Below, piece after piece: positions 8,966 to 18,157 of a DNA stretch of 64,000 nt (positions are counted from its first letter, which is position 1; the number at the start of each line of letters is the position of its first letter). The stretch is taken from contig WRBV01000001.1 of assembly GCA_009784375.1 (NCBI GenBank), positions 177,256 through 241,255 of the forward strand, written 5' to 3'. The notes below the pieces were generated by a model, which was given only the letters and a program-made list of their open reading frames with translations, did not search any database and was not told the origin of the DNA. The stretch comes from Bacillota bacterium (GTDB taxonomy: Bacteria; Bacillota; Clostridia; Christensenellales; UBA1242). Position numbers and translations under genes: made by a program.

Positions 8966-9454
8966 ATGAGCCCAGCAGAAATAATTTCACTAGTCGCAGT
9001 AACACTTTCATTCATAACTTCGTTGTACGCACTTTCGTATTCCAAGTTGTCAATAAAATCTGCATTCAAAACGGCAAGTGCGCGAACCGAGATTCATGTG
9101 CGTACCGCGGTCAACCATGCAATCCAATATATGGAAGAGAGGACGATTGCATATCGCCTTGACCAAAGCAAGTTAAATAAAGAGATTTTGGATCACTCGG
9201 TTTTGCGTCTTGCGAATTTGTATGATGACGTTTGTGGTCTTTATTTGCGTGCCAAAATTGACAAGCGTGGATTTTTTCCAAACTACGAAAATGAATTGGT
9301 TGACATGGTTAATGTAATTCAAAAAGAATTTCCCGAGCATATGATTTATTATCCAAGACTTGCCTTTATTATCGAGATAATAAATTGTCCGACCAAAATG
9401 GAACGTGAACAAAAAATCAGAAGACGTCGAGACATTGACCGTCAAACATATTAA
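8966..9454 (+). CDS. Hypothetical protein with an N-terminal TM helix
   Basis: TTGACA-17-GATAAT, then ATG 8966 seven nt later; hydrophobic N-terminus. Confidence 0.6.
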   Translation: MSPAEIISLVAVTLSFITSLYALSYSKLSIKSAFKTASARTEIHVRTAVNHAIQYMEERTIAYRLDQSKLNKEILDHSVLRLANLYDDVCGLYLRAKIDKRGFFPNYENELVDMVNVIQKEFPEHMIYYPRLAFIIEIINCPTKMEREQKIRRRRDIDRQTY

Positions 9455-9458
9455 AATA

Positions 9459-9482
9459 AAAAGCACCAAGAGGGTGCTTTTA
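9459..9482. terminator. Bidirectional terminator
   Basis: AAAAGCACC-AAGAG-GGTGCTTTT between converging genes. Confidence 0.75.
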
Positions 9483-9486
9483 TATT

Positions 9487-9684
9487 TTAAAGTCTGCTGA
9501 ATTCTAGTGGATCTTCTCTTGTTGGTGTTGCGAAAGTAAATCGAGAGTTCTCCTGTGGCTCTTGTTCTGTGTCTGTCATGTTATAGGTTGGATTCTCACC
9601 CCATACATTCTCCATAAGTGTATTTACTTCCTGGGGTGGATAGTTCCCAAAAGCTTTGCTCATGTCTGGTGTTTTTAATTTCAT
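9487..9684 (-). CDS. Small hypothetical protein (65 aa) downstream of a putative attenuator
   Basis: AAGGAG RBS; ends at the bidirectional terminator. Confidence 0.55.
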   Translation of the reverse strand: MKLKTPDMSKAFGNYPPQEVNTLMENVWGENPTYNMTDTEQEPQENSRFTFATPTREDPLEFSRL

Positions 9685-9742
9685 TTTAATTTCTCCTTGA
9701 TTTTTATTATTTGTGAGATTGTGAATTTTGTTGCATTTATAT

Positions 9743-9931
9743 AAAAAAATCTGCCCCCCAGTTTTCCTTTCGGATACTGGGTGCAGATTTGTGATTTTAA
9801 TGTTTTCGGAGTTACCTTACACAAAAATCCTACACACAGTATCCGCATGTAGAATAATAATGAGTCCTCTTTGTGCAACGTTATTCTTTCTCACAATACA
9901 AGATTGTATTATAACAATAAATAAATGTCAA
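9743..9931 (-). promoter_or_regulatory. Promoter, leader peptide (9817-9894) and antiterminator/terminator
   Basis: TTGACA-17-TACAAT. GTG-started 25-aa uORF. CGGATACTG is complementary to the terminator 5' arm CAGTATCCG. Hairpin with a U-tract. Confidence 0.6.
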
Positions 9932-9957
9932 TCATTTGGACTGCCTAGAATAAAATG

Positions 9958-10533
9958 GTTGCCTGCACAAGGTTTGGGTCGGGTAAACTTTGCGACATAG
10001 GTCCAGTAGGATTTCCCTGTGTCTCACGATGCGTTGCCGCTACCGCTCTTTCGATTTAAGAAACACAACCCGTCGTTTCCGAACGGATGACTGGATTACC
10101 ACTAAGCCTGCACTTTAATCTCCAACCCAACGGCATATGAATGCCTCAGCCTAGAAGTTTTCCTTCGAGGAACACACATTGTTTTAAGTCTGTTTGCAGA
10201 TACAATTTCACTATCCAATTCCATACCGTTCCGTGTACTTTGGGTAGGCAGGATGACGATAGATCCGCTGGATCCACGCACAAGACGGGCTACTCTGCAT
10301 CGTGAATTCACACTATGCAGGGTTATTTGGCAATTGACTTGCCAAGCAGAGCGATGAGTGGGTCGGAAGATGTATGCCATTACACCGCGCCCAACCACCA
10401 TTATCCCCAGCACTCGCCCCCATTTGGGCAACGAAAGCAAACACCAGGAACCTCTTTATGTGCCTTATCGCGGTTTTAACCGCTTGAAACAATTATTGCG
10501 CTCGACTAGGATACTGCACCTTATACAAGCAAC
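9958..10533 (-). ncRNA. ole: OLE RNA (ornate, large, extremophilic RNA)
   Basis: Minus strand reads GGTGCAGTATCCTAGTC near the 5' end, GATTAAAGTG...TAGTGGTAATCCAGTC internally and GGGAAATCCTACTGGACCTATGTCGCAAAGTTTACC near the 3' end. Closing helix GTTGCTTGTATAAGGT/ACCTTGTGCAGGCAAC, about 576 nt, with oapA nearby. Confidence 0.9.
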
Positions 10534-10536
10534 AAT

Positions 10537-10565
10537 AGTATATGCTATTTTTGCCAAAATGTCTA
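10537..10565 (-). promoter_or_regulatory. Dedicated SigA-type promoter for ole
   Basis: TAGACA-17 bp-TATACT immediately upstream of the OLE closing helix. Confidence 0.65.
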
Positions 10566-10569
10566 CAGC

Positions 10570-10677
10570 AAACCGCCATTCTGGTCGGGGTTCGACGAAG
10601 TCGAGTTACGAAGTGAAGAATAAGTTATCAAATTCATCTCTCCGTTACGCCCTAAAGGGCTTCGGTCGAGATGGTTT
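10570..10677. repeat. Degenerate REP-like palindromic element
   Basis: CCATTCTG...GAAGTGAAGAAT resembles the GTCATTCTGA...GAAGAATC family at 61475-64000. Mini-hairpins CGACGAAGTCG and GCCCTAAAGGGC. Confidence 0.45.
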
Positions 10678-10678
10678 A

Positions 10679-10963
10679 TTACTCTGGATACCTATGCAAA
10701 TTTTTCTTATTTATAGGGTAGTCAGGAAAATCATCTCTTTTTAACTTTCGCCCCATTCGCGTTTCCAAACATTTTATACAAAGAAAATAACCCTTAGATT
10801 CTGGGGTGCTTATATAATCATCTGGTTGTTCGGGACAATATTTTTTCCAAATTTCATTATGAACGGCATACCAATCAATATCGTCAATTCCTTGTTCTTC
10901 GACTTCTTTATCAGTATACATGGTTTCTTTTCCACAATCTATACAAGGGCAGCGTGGTTCCAA
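10679..10963 (-). CDS. Small putative Zn-binding protein (CxxC...CxxC)
   Basis: CIDC and LCIKCLETRMGRKL...DF. AAGGAG RBS overlaps the end of oapA. Confidence 0.65.
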   Translation of the reverse strand: MEPRCPCIDCGKETMYTDKEVEEQGIDDIDWYAVHNEIWKKYCPEQPDDYISTPESKGYFLCIKCLETRMGRKLKRDDFPDYPINKKNLHRYPE

Positions 10964-10968
10964 TATTC

Positions 10969-11595
10969 CTATCTCCTTGTAAATAAACTAAGCATCCGCC
11001 CGACCGCGAATACAATTTTCGCGTTATTCTTAATCGCGATTTTCTTTGCGATAGATTTTACCATAACGGTTACCGCGGCAATACATGCGGTTACAAGTGC
11101 GATGATGAGTGCCTCTTGGAATGTGGTGTAATCTCCACCAACGATAATTATAAAGGCAAGAGACACACCAAGTGCACCCGATATAATACCTGTAACGTCC
11201 CCAAGAACGTCGCTTAGGATACTTGAAACCTTGTCGCTGTTCTTTACAAGTTTGATACAGTTTTTTGCACCCCTTATCTTTCGACTTGCCATTGCGTTAA
11301 AATGTCCTAAATCGGCATAGGCTACGGCAACCGCCACAATATCTCCAAGGAAAGCGATTAGAATGAGAATGGCGATTAATACGATACAAATTATGACGCT
11401 CGTGGTTTGCAGAAAAGCTTCGGCAACCAATCCAATGCTGAATGCAGTAGCAAACGTAAACAAAAAGATAAATACCCACCACCAAATCTTTTTTCTGTGG
11501 GCATTTTTTTTACGTTGTTTGGGTTCGTGTTTTTCTTGTATTTTTTGTTCTACGATTTCTTCTGTTTGTTCTGGTTTTGTATCATCATGTTCCAT
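10969..11595 (-). CDS. oapA: OLE-associated protein A (4-TM, DUF21/CNNM-like)
   Basis: DIVAVAVAYADLGHFNAMASRKIRGAK...LVKNSDKVSSILSDVLGDVTGIISGALG has the OapA pattern with DxxxD and GxxxG. Adjacent to OLE RNA. Confidence 0.85.
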   Translation of the reverse strand: MEHDDTKPEQTEEIVEQKIQEKHEPKQRKKNAHRKKIWWWVFIFLFTFATAFSIGLVAEAFLQTTSVIICIVLIAILILIAFLGDIVAVAVAYADLGHFNAMASRKIRGAKNCIKLVKNSDKVSSILSDVLGDVTGIISGALGVSLAFIIIVGGDYTTFQEALIIALVTACIAAVTVMVKSIAKKIAIKNNAKIVFAVGRMLSLFTRR

Positions 11596-11663
11596 TATGT
11601 ATGGATATTAGCATAAATATCGAGATTTGCAAAGCAAGTAGGGTTGTATAAAACAACTTTATC

Positions 11664-11699
11664 CGTCATTGCTAGGAGTGCGGCGAAGAAGCAATGACG
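11664..11699. repeat. REP-like inverted repeat
   Basis: CGTCATTGCT...AGCAATGACG. Half-copies CGCAATGACG occur near 16145, 58134 and 58163. Confidence 0.55.
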
Positions 11700-11702
11700 C
11701 AC

Positions 11703-12128
11703 TTACTTCGCAAAGCGTGTATGCTTTACAACCCACTTTTTCATCCGTCGTGCAATCCATGCTGTGAACAGCGCAAAAACAAGTGCAGTAATTAATGGAA
11801 ACAATGTTGTTCCAAGGATTGGAATGTCGCTGTCGCCGCCGATATAACTTCCGAATATGGCAAAAAATAATCCAATAGCAAGACCAATAATCATAGGTCC
11901 GAAAATTATAAAAAATGCTTTGCGAAGAAACAGCGTTGTTGCACGCCCATAGAATTCAAGTTGTTTTCCTTCTATATATGTGTGCTTTGTAATCCATTTT
12001 TCACGATAACAAAGACCAAAAGGCATAAGCAATCCTGCCGAGAAGACGATTGATGCGATGTAAACGAAATTAACCCAAATCCACATCATTAATCCACCTG
12101 TGAATCTGGAATCTTTTGTATAGCTCAT
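11703..12128 (-). CDS. DUF898/YjgN-like membrane protein
   Basis: SRFTGG...WITKHTYIEGKQLEFYG...KWVVKHT. Confidence 0.65.
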   Translation of the reverse strand: MSYTKDSRFTGGLMMWIWVNFVYIASIVFSAGLLMPFGLCYREKWITKHTYIEGKQLEFYGRATTLFLRKAFFIIFGPMIIGLAIGLFFAIFGSYIGGDSDIPILGTTLFPLITALVFALFTAWIARRMKKWVVKHTRFAK

Positions 12129-12208
12129 ATGAGATATTTTACACTCTTTTCTAGAAAAAGCAAAAGCTTAATCTTGTATAAGATATTTTTGAATGCATAT
12201 ACTTGTTC

Positions 12209-12730
12209 ATGATGAAATCACTTTTAGTATCTATGTTAGGTGTGCTAGCCTTTACCACAGGGATGTTTGCAGGAGGCACTATGCAGATCAAAGACTACAA
12301 CGTAGAATTTTCACAAGGTGGATGGTTTGGGCAAATGGACGAGAACTTTTCTATGGTTTTGAAAAGTCGTGCTGAGCTGGACAATTTTATCAACCAAATC
12401 ATGTCCGAGTACATGCGGGACGATGCAATCGTTCCAGAGGGGTACTGGACCCAGATGGAAAGCCAGGTCCGAGAATTCTATGCAAAATACGATACCAAGT
12501 TCTTTGAACAAAATGATCTTGTTCTTGCACTTGTCGACCGTGGAAGTGGTTCGGTGAGATATGAACTTGGTGACCTTGCTATAGATGATGGACATATCAT
12601 CGCCAATGTGACTCGAATATCTGGAATGATTATGACTATGGACTATGTCGAGTGGGTAATGATGTTGGAAATAAACAAATCTTATAACACGCAAGGTATC
12701 AATATAATCTTGGAAAGTAAAATTGTGTAA
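12209..12730 (+). CDS. Secreted hypothetical protein (PrcB C-terminal-like)
   Basis: Signal peptide; KYDTKFFEQNDLVL...GSGS...MTMD...WVMMLEI. SigE-like GTATAA-14-CATATACT upstream. Confidence 0.55.
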   Translation: MMKSLLVSMLGVLAFTTGMFAGGTMQIKDYNVEFSQGGWFGQMDENFSMVLKSRAELDNFINQIMSEYMRDDAIVPEGYWTQMESQVREFYAKYDTKFFEQNDLVLALVDRGSGSVRYELGDLAIDDGHIIANVTRISGMIMTMDYVEWVMMLEINKSYNTQGINIILESKIV

Positions 12731-12800
12731 AGTAAAACTTGACTCGTTAGCAAGGAATACTGGTATTCCGACCTGTGGACTTTGATTGTAATATAGTGAT

Positions 12801-13049
12801 ATGAAAAAAGTAGTAACACATGCCGAAACATATGATGCAAAAATTACAAATGAAATGCGTGAAATTTTATGTGTAACTGTTGAAAAGACATGCGAATTAA
12901 TCCAAGAAATCTGTGTCGAGGGTTTCGATATAATGGAGACACTAAATCGTTTTGATAAAAGAGAAGCAAAGGCTATAATCGAGTCTGCAACCAGACAAGT
13001 GTCCGATTACATGAAAAGTGAACTTGGAGGTTCGTTCGAAAAAAAATAA
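12801..13049 (+). CDS. Hypothetical protein
   Basis: 82-aa ORF with a -10 box just upstream; followed by hairpin AAAAGCC-GACAT-GGCTTTT. Confidence 0.55.
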   Translation: MKKVVTHAETYDAKITNEMREILCVTVEKTCELIQEICVEGFDIMETLNRFDKREAKAIIESATRQVSDYMKSELGGSFEKK

Positions 13050-13092
13050 TAAAAGCCGACATGGCTTTTTATAATTAAAAGGGTTTTTAAAA

Positions 13093-13701
13093 ATGAAATT
13101 ACGAAATCAGAAAATAATCGTAATTGACGGAATGAGCGGATCGGGCAAAACAACAGCGGCGAATATTATTGCAAAAAGGTTGGACGGCGTTGTAATTGGC
13201 GGTGACAGATTTTTATTAAAATCCGTCGTAAGTCCGGAAAAGCGAAAAACGGTAAAAAACATGTTTGGTGGTTATCCAAAGGAAGGCGAGAGTGGTATTG
13301 AATATTTAGAACGTTGTTATCCAATCGCAACAGTAGAACAAGAGCGAGCATTGTTTAACGAATTAAGACAAGATGTCGAGAGGCAGATATTGGAAGTCAT
13401 AAAGAGCACCAATCAAATTGATAATTTATTTATTGTGGATTGGATGACATCAAATAAATTTGAACAAGTTTGGGATAGTGCAGACTATAGAATCATGGTT
13501 GATTCGAATCCAGAAGAACTTGCACATCGTCTTGTTGAACGCTTGAAGCTGTTGACATATTACCAAGAAGGTATTGTAGATATAAGAGAGCAAGCATTTA
13601 GACCATTATTGGCGGATGTGCAAGGGGTAGATTTTAACCCACATAATAATTACGACGTGGAGTTTGTTAAAAATATTTGGAATATGTCGTTGTCTATGTA
13701 G
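13093..13701 (+). CDS. P-loop nucleoside/dephospho-CoA-kinase-like protein
   Basis: IVIDGMSGSGKTT Walker A in a kinase-fold layout. Confidence 0.65.
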   Translation: MKLRNQKIIVIDGMSGSGKTTAANIIAKRLDGVVIGGDRFLLKSVVSPEKRKTVKNMFGGYPKEGESGIEYLERCYPIATVEQERALFNELRQDVERQILEVIKSTNQIDNLFIVDWMTSNKFEQVWDSADYRIMVDSNPEELAHRLVERLKLLTYYQEGIVDIREQAFRPLLADVQGVDFNPHNNYDVEFVKNIWNMSLSM

Positions 13702-14586
13702 CTAAAACTTTTCTTTACAAAACTTTATTAAACCTTCAAGAAACATATTGGCGGCTTTGGTTAGATATTCTTTGTTATGTGCGCAAACAATTTTTATACC
13801 AAGCAGCTCGACTCCATCAAGTTTTAATAGCACAACATCATTATTGTTGTTAAATTCATAAAAACTTTCTTCGAAAAAATATCCAATGCCAAGATCCTCT
13901 TTTACAAATTCAAAAACAGTATCGGATGATGCCGTTTCTATGTGTGGCTTGAAATCCAAACCAGTTGCGGATTGTGCCCAATGAACAAATTCTCTATGAA
14001 TGATAAGTGGCAGGTTTAATAAATCCGTTGGCTTGATAACATCGGTCAGGCTATTTTTCCTTAAAAATTTCTTTGACGCAATAAGGATTGGAGCTCCTCT
14101 AAAGAGTGTTGTTTTATCGAAATTGTAACCATGGAAAACTGTATCGACGTTAAAGGCGAAATCTATTTTATTTTGTTCCAATAATTCAACATTCCCACGG
14201 TGGAATTCGAATCGTACATTGGGGTAAGTTTTGCAAAATTCCATTATATAATCGCGCAGATCGGCACGTACAAGAGTAGGCGGGATAGATAACCGAATTA
14301 AACCGTGGCTGTCTTTTGTGAATTCTTGTATGTTTGATTCGCCGTCTGTGATTGACTTGTGTGCGTCTTTTATGGATTCGTATAATGTTATGGCATCACT
14401 TGTTGGTTCAACGCCTTTTGAATGACCCACAAATAATTTTGTACCAAGTTGCCGTTCAAGTTCTTTTATATTTTGACCGATTGCAGAACGGGTGACGTTC
14501 AAGATCTCTGCCGCACGTTGAAGGTTCTTTGTTTCGAATACGGCGATAAATGCACGGTACAAATTCCAGTTTGTGTTTGAATTCAT
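13702..14586 (-). CDS. LysR-family transcriptional regulator
   Basis: HTH NLYRAFIAVFETKNLQRAAEILNVTRSAIGQNIKELERQLGTKLF. Confidence 0.92.
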   Translation of the reverse strand: MNSNTNWNLYRAFIAVFETKNLQRAAEILNVTRSAIGQNIKELERQLGTKLFVGHSKGVEPTSDAITLYESIKDAHKSITDGESNIQEFTKDSHGLIRLSIPPTLVRADLRDYIMEFCKTYPNVRFEFHRGNVELLEQNKIDFAFNVDTVFHGYNFDKTTLFRGAPILIASKKFLRKNSLTDVIKPTDLLNLPLIIHREFVHWAQSATGLDFKPHIETASSDTVFEFVKEDLGIGYFFEESFYEFNNNNDVVLLKLDGVELLGIKIVCAHNKEYLTKAANMFLEGLIKFCKEKF

Positions 14587-14591
14587 ATCGA

Positions 14592-14645
14592 ATTATAACA
14601 AAAACATATGCCGAAGTCAATATGTGTCAAGAAATACTTGACACA
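14592..14645 (-). promoter_or_regulatory. LysR promoter with an adjacent palindromic operator
   Basis: TTGACT-17-TATAAT, 5 nt before the ATG. Perfect inverted repeat TGTGTCAAG-N5-CTTGACACA at 14623-14645. Confidence 0.6.
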
Positions 14646-14750
14646 CAATCGGTTCGAAACAAAAACAAGATGGCTGAATATCATGAAGTAGCTGTCAATG
14701 ACAGAAAACTTATTTTGAAAGACTAGAGAAGTCAACTAAGGAGGCAAAAT

Positions 14751-15206
14751 ATGCACAACTTTTTTTGCAGACCGCAAGGCGGATGTAACTGTGAACGCGA
14801 AGAACATGAAAGACCAGAACACAACCACGGTTGTTGTCGAGTAGGTCCACGTGGACCACAGGGTCCAGCTGGACCAGAGGGTCCACAAGGATGCCCAGGT
14901 CGCCCAGGCAGAGATGGTTCAAGAGGTGAGCGTGGAGAACGTGGTGAAACAGGTCCACGCGGACACAGAGGTGAAACAGGAACAGCAGGTGCGCGCGGTG
15001 AAAGGGGAGAAAGAGGAGAGCGCGGTCACAGAGGTCCACAGGGAGAACGTGGTGAAGATGGAACTTGTGACGTGTGCGAGTTCGCAAGACAAATCATGGA
15101 AATGTGTGAAAGAGGTGGAGAACGTCCAAACAACCGTCCACCATTCCGAGGTCCAGGTCCACGTAACCTTGACGAGAATATTGAGAATGTTGAAACTGAA
15201 GAATAA
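14751..15206 (+). CDS. Collagen-like protein with Cys-rich ends (probable spore surface)
   Basis: About 25 Gly-X-Y triplets (GER/GPR rich) flanked by CNC, CC and CDVC. AAGGAGG RBS, no signal peptide. Confidence 0.85.
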   Translation: MHNFFCRPQGGCNCEREEHERPEHNHGCCRVGPRGPQGPAGPEGPQGCPGRPGRDGSRGERGERGETGPRGHRGETGTAGARGERGERGERGHRGPQGERGEDGTCDVCEFARQIMEMCERGGERPNNRPPFRGPGPRNLDENIENVETEE

Positions 15207-15221
15207 TTATTGTTTAGTAAT

Positions 15222-15246
15222 AAAAACCGCCATCGGCGGTTTTTAT
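15222..15246. terminator. Bidirectional terminator
   Basis: AAAAACCGC-CATCG-GCGGTTTTT. Confidence 0.75.
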
Positions 15247-16053
15247 TTACTTTTTACATCCTTTGCAATTAATATCACATAGCTTGTATGTACCATATTT
15301 TGTAGTATCTCCACTTTGGAATTTGACATTAACTTTTTCGGTTAACATATTGTTACCTTGGGCAATTCCTTTGCCGTCTGGGGTATTTACCTCTTGTCCG
15401 TACTTTGGCATCTTTTCACCCATTTCTACGTAATGAGCATTTTCATATGCAAGACAACAAAGCAATCGACCACACATTCCGTTTATTTTTTGTGGATTAA
15501 GACTTAGGTTTTGGTTCTTTGCCATTTTAATTGTTACATTCTCGAAGTCTTCTTTATATCGGACACAGCAACAAACTTGACCACATGGTCCCATTGCACC
15601 CGCTAACTTTACTTCGTCACGCGCGCCAATTTGTCGCAGTTCAATTCGTGCCTTTAATGCGAACGCAAGATCACGCACAAGTTCGCGGAAATCAATACGA
15701 CCTGGTGACGAAAATTGCAATATTACCTTTCCGCCATCCAATGTATAATATGCTGACAAAAATTTCATATCAAGTTTCCCAGTCTCAGCCTTTTCTTGTG
15801 AAACCCTGAGTGCAGTCTTGGCATCAAGCTTTAACTTTTCAATTACTTTTTCGTCTGTCGAATTCGCAACTCGGATTATATTTGCAAATTTATCTGTCTT
15901 GCCACAATCGCCGACGGGCGTTGCAACAACACCCCATTCGGCACCGTTGGGGCTTTCGGTTATTACTATGTCGCCGACATTTAATTCCAAATCTGTGGCA
16001 AACTTCTGCGCAGGATTTATGTCGCCTATTTTTATTGATACAACTTTGTTCAT
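15247..16053 (-). CDS. ricT: RicT/YaaT (PSP1 domain) protein
   Basis: RIDFRELVRDLA...RIELRQIGARDE...GPCGQVCCC...SLNPQKINGMCGRLLCCLAYE. Confidence 0.93.
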   Translation of the reverse strand: MNKVVSIKIGDINPAQKFATDLELNVGDIVITESPNGAEWGVVATPVGDCGKTDKFANIIRVANSTDEKVIEKLKLDAKTALRVSQEKAETGKLDMKFLSAYYTLDGGKVILQFSSPGRIDFRELVRDLAFALKARIELRQIGARDEVKLAGAMGPCGQVCCCVRYKEDFENVTIKMAKNQNLSLNPQKINGMCGRLLCCLAYENAHYVEMGEKMPKYGQEVNTPDGKGIAQGNNMLTEKVNVKFQSGDTTKYGTYKLCDINCKGCKK

Positions 16054-16195
16054 AGGGTTAAGAGTAGCATATCAAGAAGATAAAAGCAAATTTCTTATAT
16101 TCATTCAGTTTTTGTCTTTTAATGACGGTGGTTTAGGTACGGTTCGCAATGACGACTTTTGTGGTTAAAGATATGCAAACAACATAAAGTTGCAA

Positions 16196-16930
16196 TCAAT
16201 GAAACAACTCTATCACCAACAAATCAAACGCATTCGAATAATTACAATTTGCCATAACATTTCGATTGATATCGGATAACACTTTTAAAAGTCCGTACGC
16301 CTTTTTAACGGGTAGACTCTTGTCATGCAGAGCATCCTTTATAATTTTATGAAGTGCAATCATAGTTACTTCGAAATTTTCTTTTGCAGACAACAATGGT
16401 ATATATAGTAGTGCTTCATCCAATGCTTTGCATTTAATTAATTGTTCGGCGTATTCAAATATTTTTGCCGAATCCTTGTTTTGTTCGATTAATTGTTTAT
16501 TGTATAAAGACCCATCAAGAAGCGTTGGAATATTTATAATAACACAACGACTTTTAATAGTTGCAAGGACACGTTCTGGATTAGATGCAAGTAACAAGAA
16601 TACGGTGTCATCGCGAACGTCTTCTAGTGATTTTAATATTTTATTTTGTGCCTGGATTGTCATTAATGCGACATCGGTTACAATCATTAATTTTTTGTTT
16701 CCCACACTTGCATATTGAACCTTGTTACAAAAGTCTAATGTTTGTTCAACGGTGATTGATTTCGCGTCGTCTTTTGTAGAGAGCCAAAAAACATCCGCGA
16801 TCTTGAAATGGGTTGCGAACCATTTGGCAATCTCGTTCAAATGAATAGTATCGACCGAGAGCAAAAGATAACTTTGACGTAGTGAATCGTTTTTAAAGTC
16901 GCGTGCAAGCGTTTCGTTTGTAAATTGCAT
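16196..16930 (-). CDS. holB: DNA polymerase III delta' subunit-like (short, divergent)
   Basis: MTIQAQNKILKSLED...LATIKSRC; conserved holB-yaaT synteny. Confidence 0.8.
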   Translation of the reverse strand: MQFTNETLARDFKNDSLRQSYLLLSVDTIHLNEIAKWFATHFKIADVFWLSTKDDAKSITVEQTLDFCNKVQYASVGNKKLMIVTDVALMTIQAQNKILKSLEDVRDDTVFLLLASNPERVLATIKSRCVIINIPTLLDGSLYNKQLIEQNKDSAKIFEYAEQLIKCKALDEALLYIPLLSAKENFEVTMIALHKIIKDALHDKSLPVKKAYGLLKVLSDINRNVMANCNYSNAFDLLVIELFH

Positions 16931-16953
16931 ATCACTATGGTAACATAAGGCAA

Positions 16954-17508
16954 GTGGGTAAACAAGAAAAAAGAAACGCAGTAATTGTAATCAATGGTCG
17001 AGGTGGGGTCGGAAAAAACAGCCTTACCGAATATGTGTCAAATTATTTTGATGTTCGCAACGTATCCTCGATTACACCAATTAAAAACATAGCGGCAAGT
17101 CATGGTTGGGATTGTGAAAAGGATGAAAAAGGCAGGCAACTTCTTGCCGATTTAAAGACGGCATTTATGAGATACAATGATTTACCATTTCAATATCTTT
17201 TGAATGAACATAAAAAGTTTATTGCGGTAGAACAGGATGTCATGTTTGTACATATTCGTGAGGCCGAAGAAATAGCAAAGTTCAGGGCGGCAATCCCATG
17301 TAGAACAGTTCTTGTAATAAGAGACACAGGCAGAGGCGAAAACAATATAGACACAAGTGAAGATACGATGTTTGATTATAAATATGATTACATATTTGAT
17401 AATTCCGAACCTCTTGAAAAAACTGGACCAAGGTTTTTAAAATTAATAAAAGAGGTTATGAAATCGGGAACCGATTTACCATTACTTGCAAATATAGAAA
17501 CTAAATAG
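16954..17508 (+). CDS. P-loop dNMP-kinase-like protein
   Basis: VINGRGGVGKN...GWDCEKDEKGRQLL...FVHIRE. Confidence 0.6.
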   Translation: MGKQEKRNAVIVINGRGGVGKNSLTEYVSNYFDVRNVSSITPIKNIAASHGWDCEKDEKGRQLLADLKTAFMRYNDLPFQYLLNEHKKFIAVEQDVMFVHIREAEEIAKFRAAIPCRTVLVIRDTGRGENNIDTSEDTMFDYKYDYIFDNSEPLEKTGPRFLKLIKEVMKSGTDLPLLANIETK

Positions 17509-17533
17509 TCATTGACTTCTCATATACATTGGA

Positions 17534-18157
17534 ATGTCAATTCTGTTTGCCATTATGGTGGTGGCTTCTCTTGTAATGCTTACGGTAACCAACCCGGGTG
17601 GCATTTTAACCACGTCATTGGGGGCGGCTGCAACTGGGGTGCAATTATCAATCCAGCTTGCCGCAATTTATATTTTTTGGATGGGTGTAATCCAAATAGC
17701 AATTGATAGTGGATTGATTGCAAAACTTGCCAAGCTGATGCGACCGATAATCAAATGGTTGTTTGGCGAACAAAAAGAAGAGGTCAACGAATTACTTGCA
17801 ACCAATATAAGTGCCAACATGATAGGTGCAGGAAACGCAGCAACGCCAGCCGCAATAGATGCAATAGAAAAGATGGCGGAACCCGAACAGAAAAAAGCAA
17901 GCCCAGCAATGATAATGCTGTTTGTCATATCTGCGACAAGTATGCAAATCTTACCAACTACGATACTTGGAATTTTAGAGCGGCATGGTGTCGAGAATTC
18001 TTCCTTTATTATATGGCCAACTTTTTTTGTGAGTACGGTTACAACATTGCTTGGTGTAATTCTTATAAAGATTTTCTCGCGCAATAAAAAGAAAAAAGTT
18101 GTCGATGAAAAGCCTTCTGAAAAAGAGGAGGGTTCATCATGTTCACCGTATTCATAA
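17534..18157 (+). CDS. spmA: Spore maturation protein A
   Basis: NISANMIGAGNAATP. SigE-like CATATACAT just upstream; paired with spmB. Confidence 0.9.
   Translation: MSILFAIMVVASLVMLTVTNPGGILTTSLGAAATGVQLSIQLAAIYIFWMGVIQIAIDSGLIAKLAKLMRPIIKWLFGEQKEEVNELLATNISANMIGAGNAATPAAIDAIEKMAEPEQKKASPAMIMLFVISATSMQILPTTILGILERHGVENSSFIIWPTFFVSTVTTLLGVILIKIFSRNKKKKVVDEKPSEKEEGSSCSPYS

Noticed and set aside
10102-10744. ORFs 10102-10440 (-) and 10358-10744 (+); also tmRNA, RNase P or group II intron as the identity of the GC-rich region
   Set aside because: The region carries OLE-specific terminal motifs with adjacent oapA. It has no tmRNA tRNA-like ends, no RNase P GAGGAAAGTCC core and no intron domain V.
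14710-15282. Alternative-frame ORFs over the collagen gene
   Set aside because: They are by-products of the GGN-periodic repeat; only 14751-15206 has an RBS and a coherent product.
343-17508. Prophage suggested by small phage-like ORFs (343-552, 10679-10963, 16954-17508)
   Set aside because: They are scattered singly among host genes, with no structural, terminase or integrase genes.
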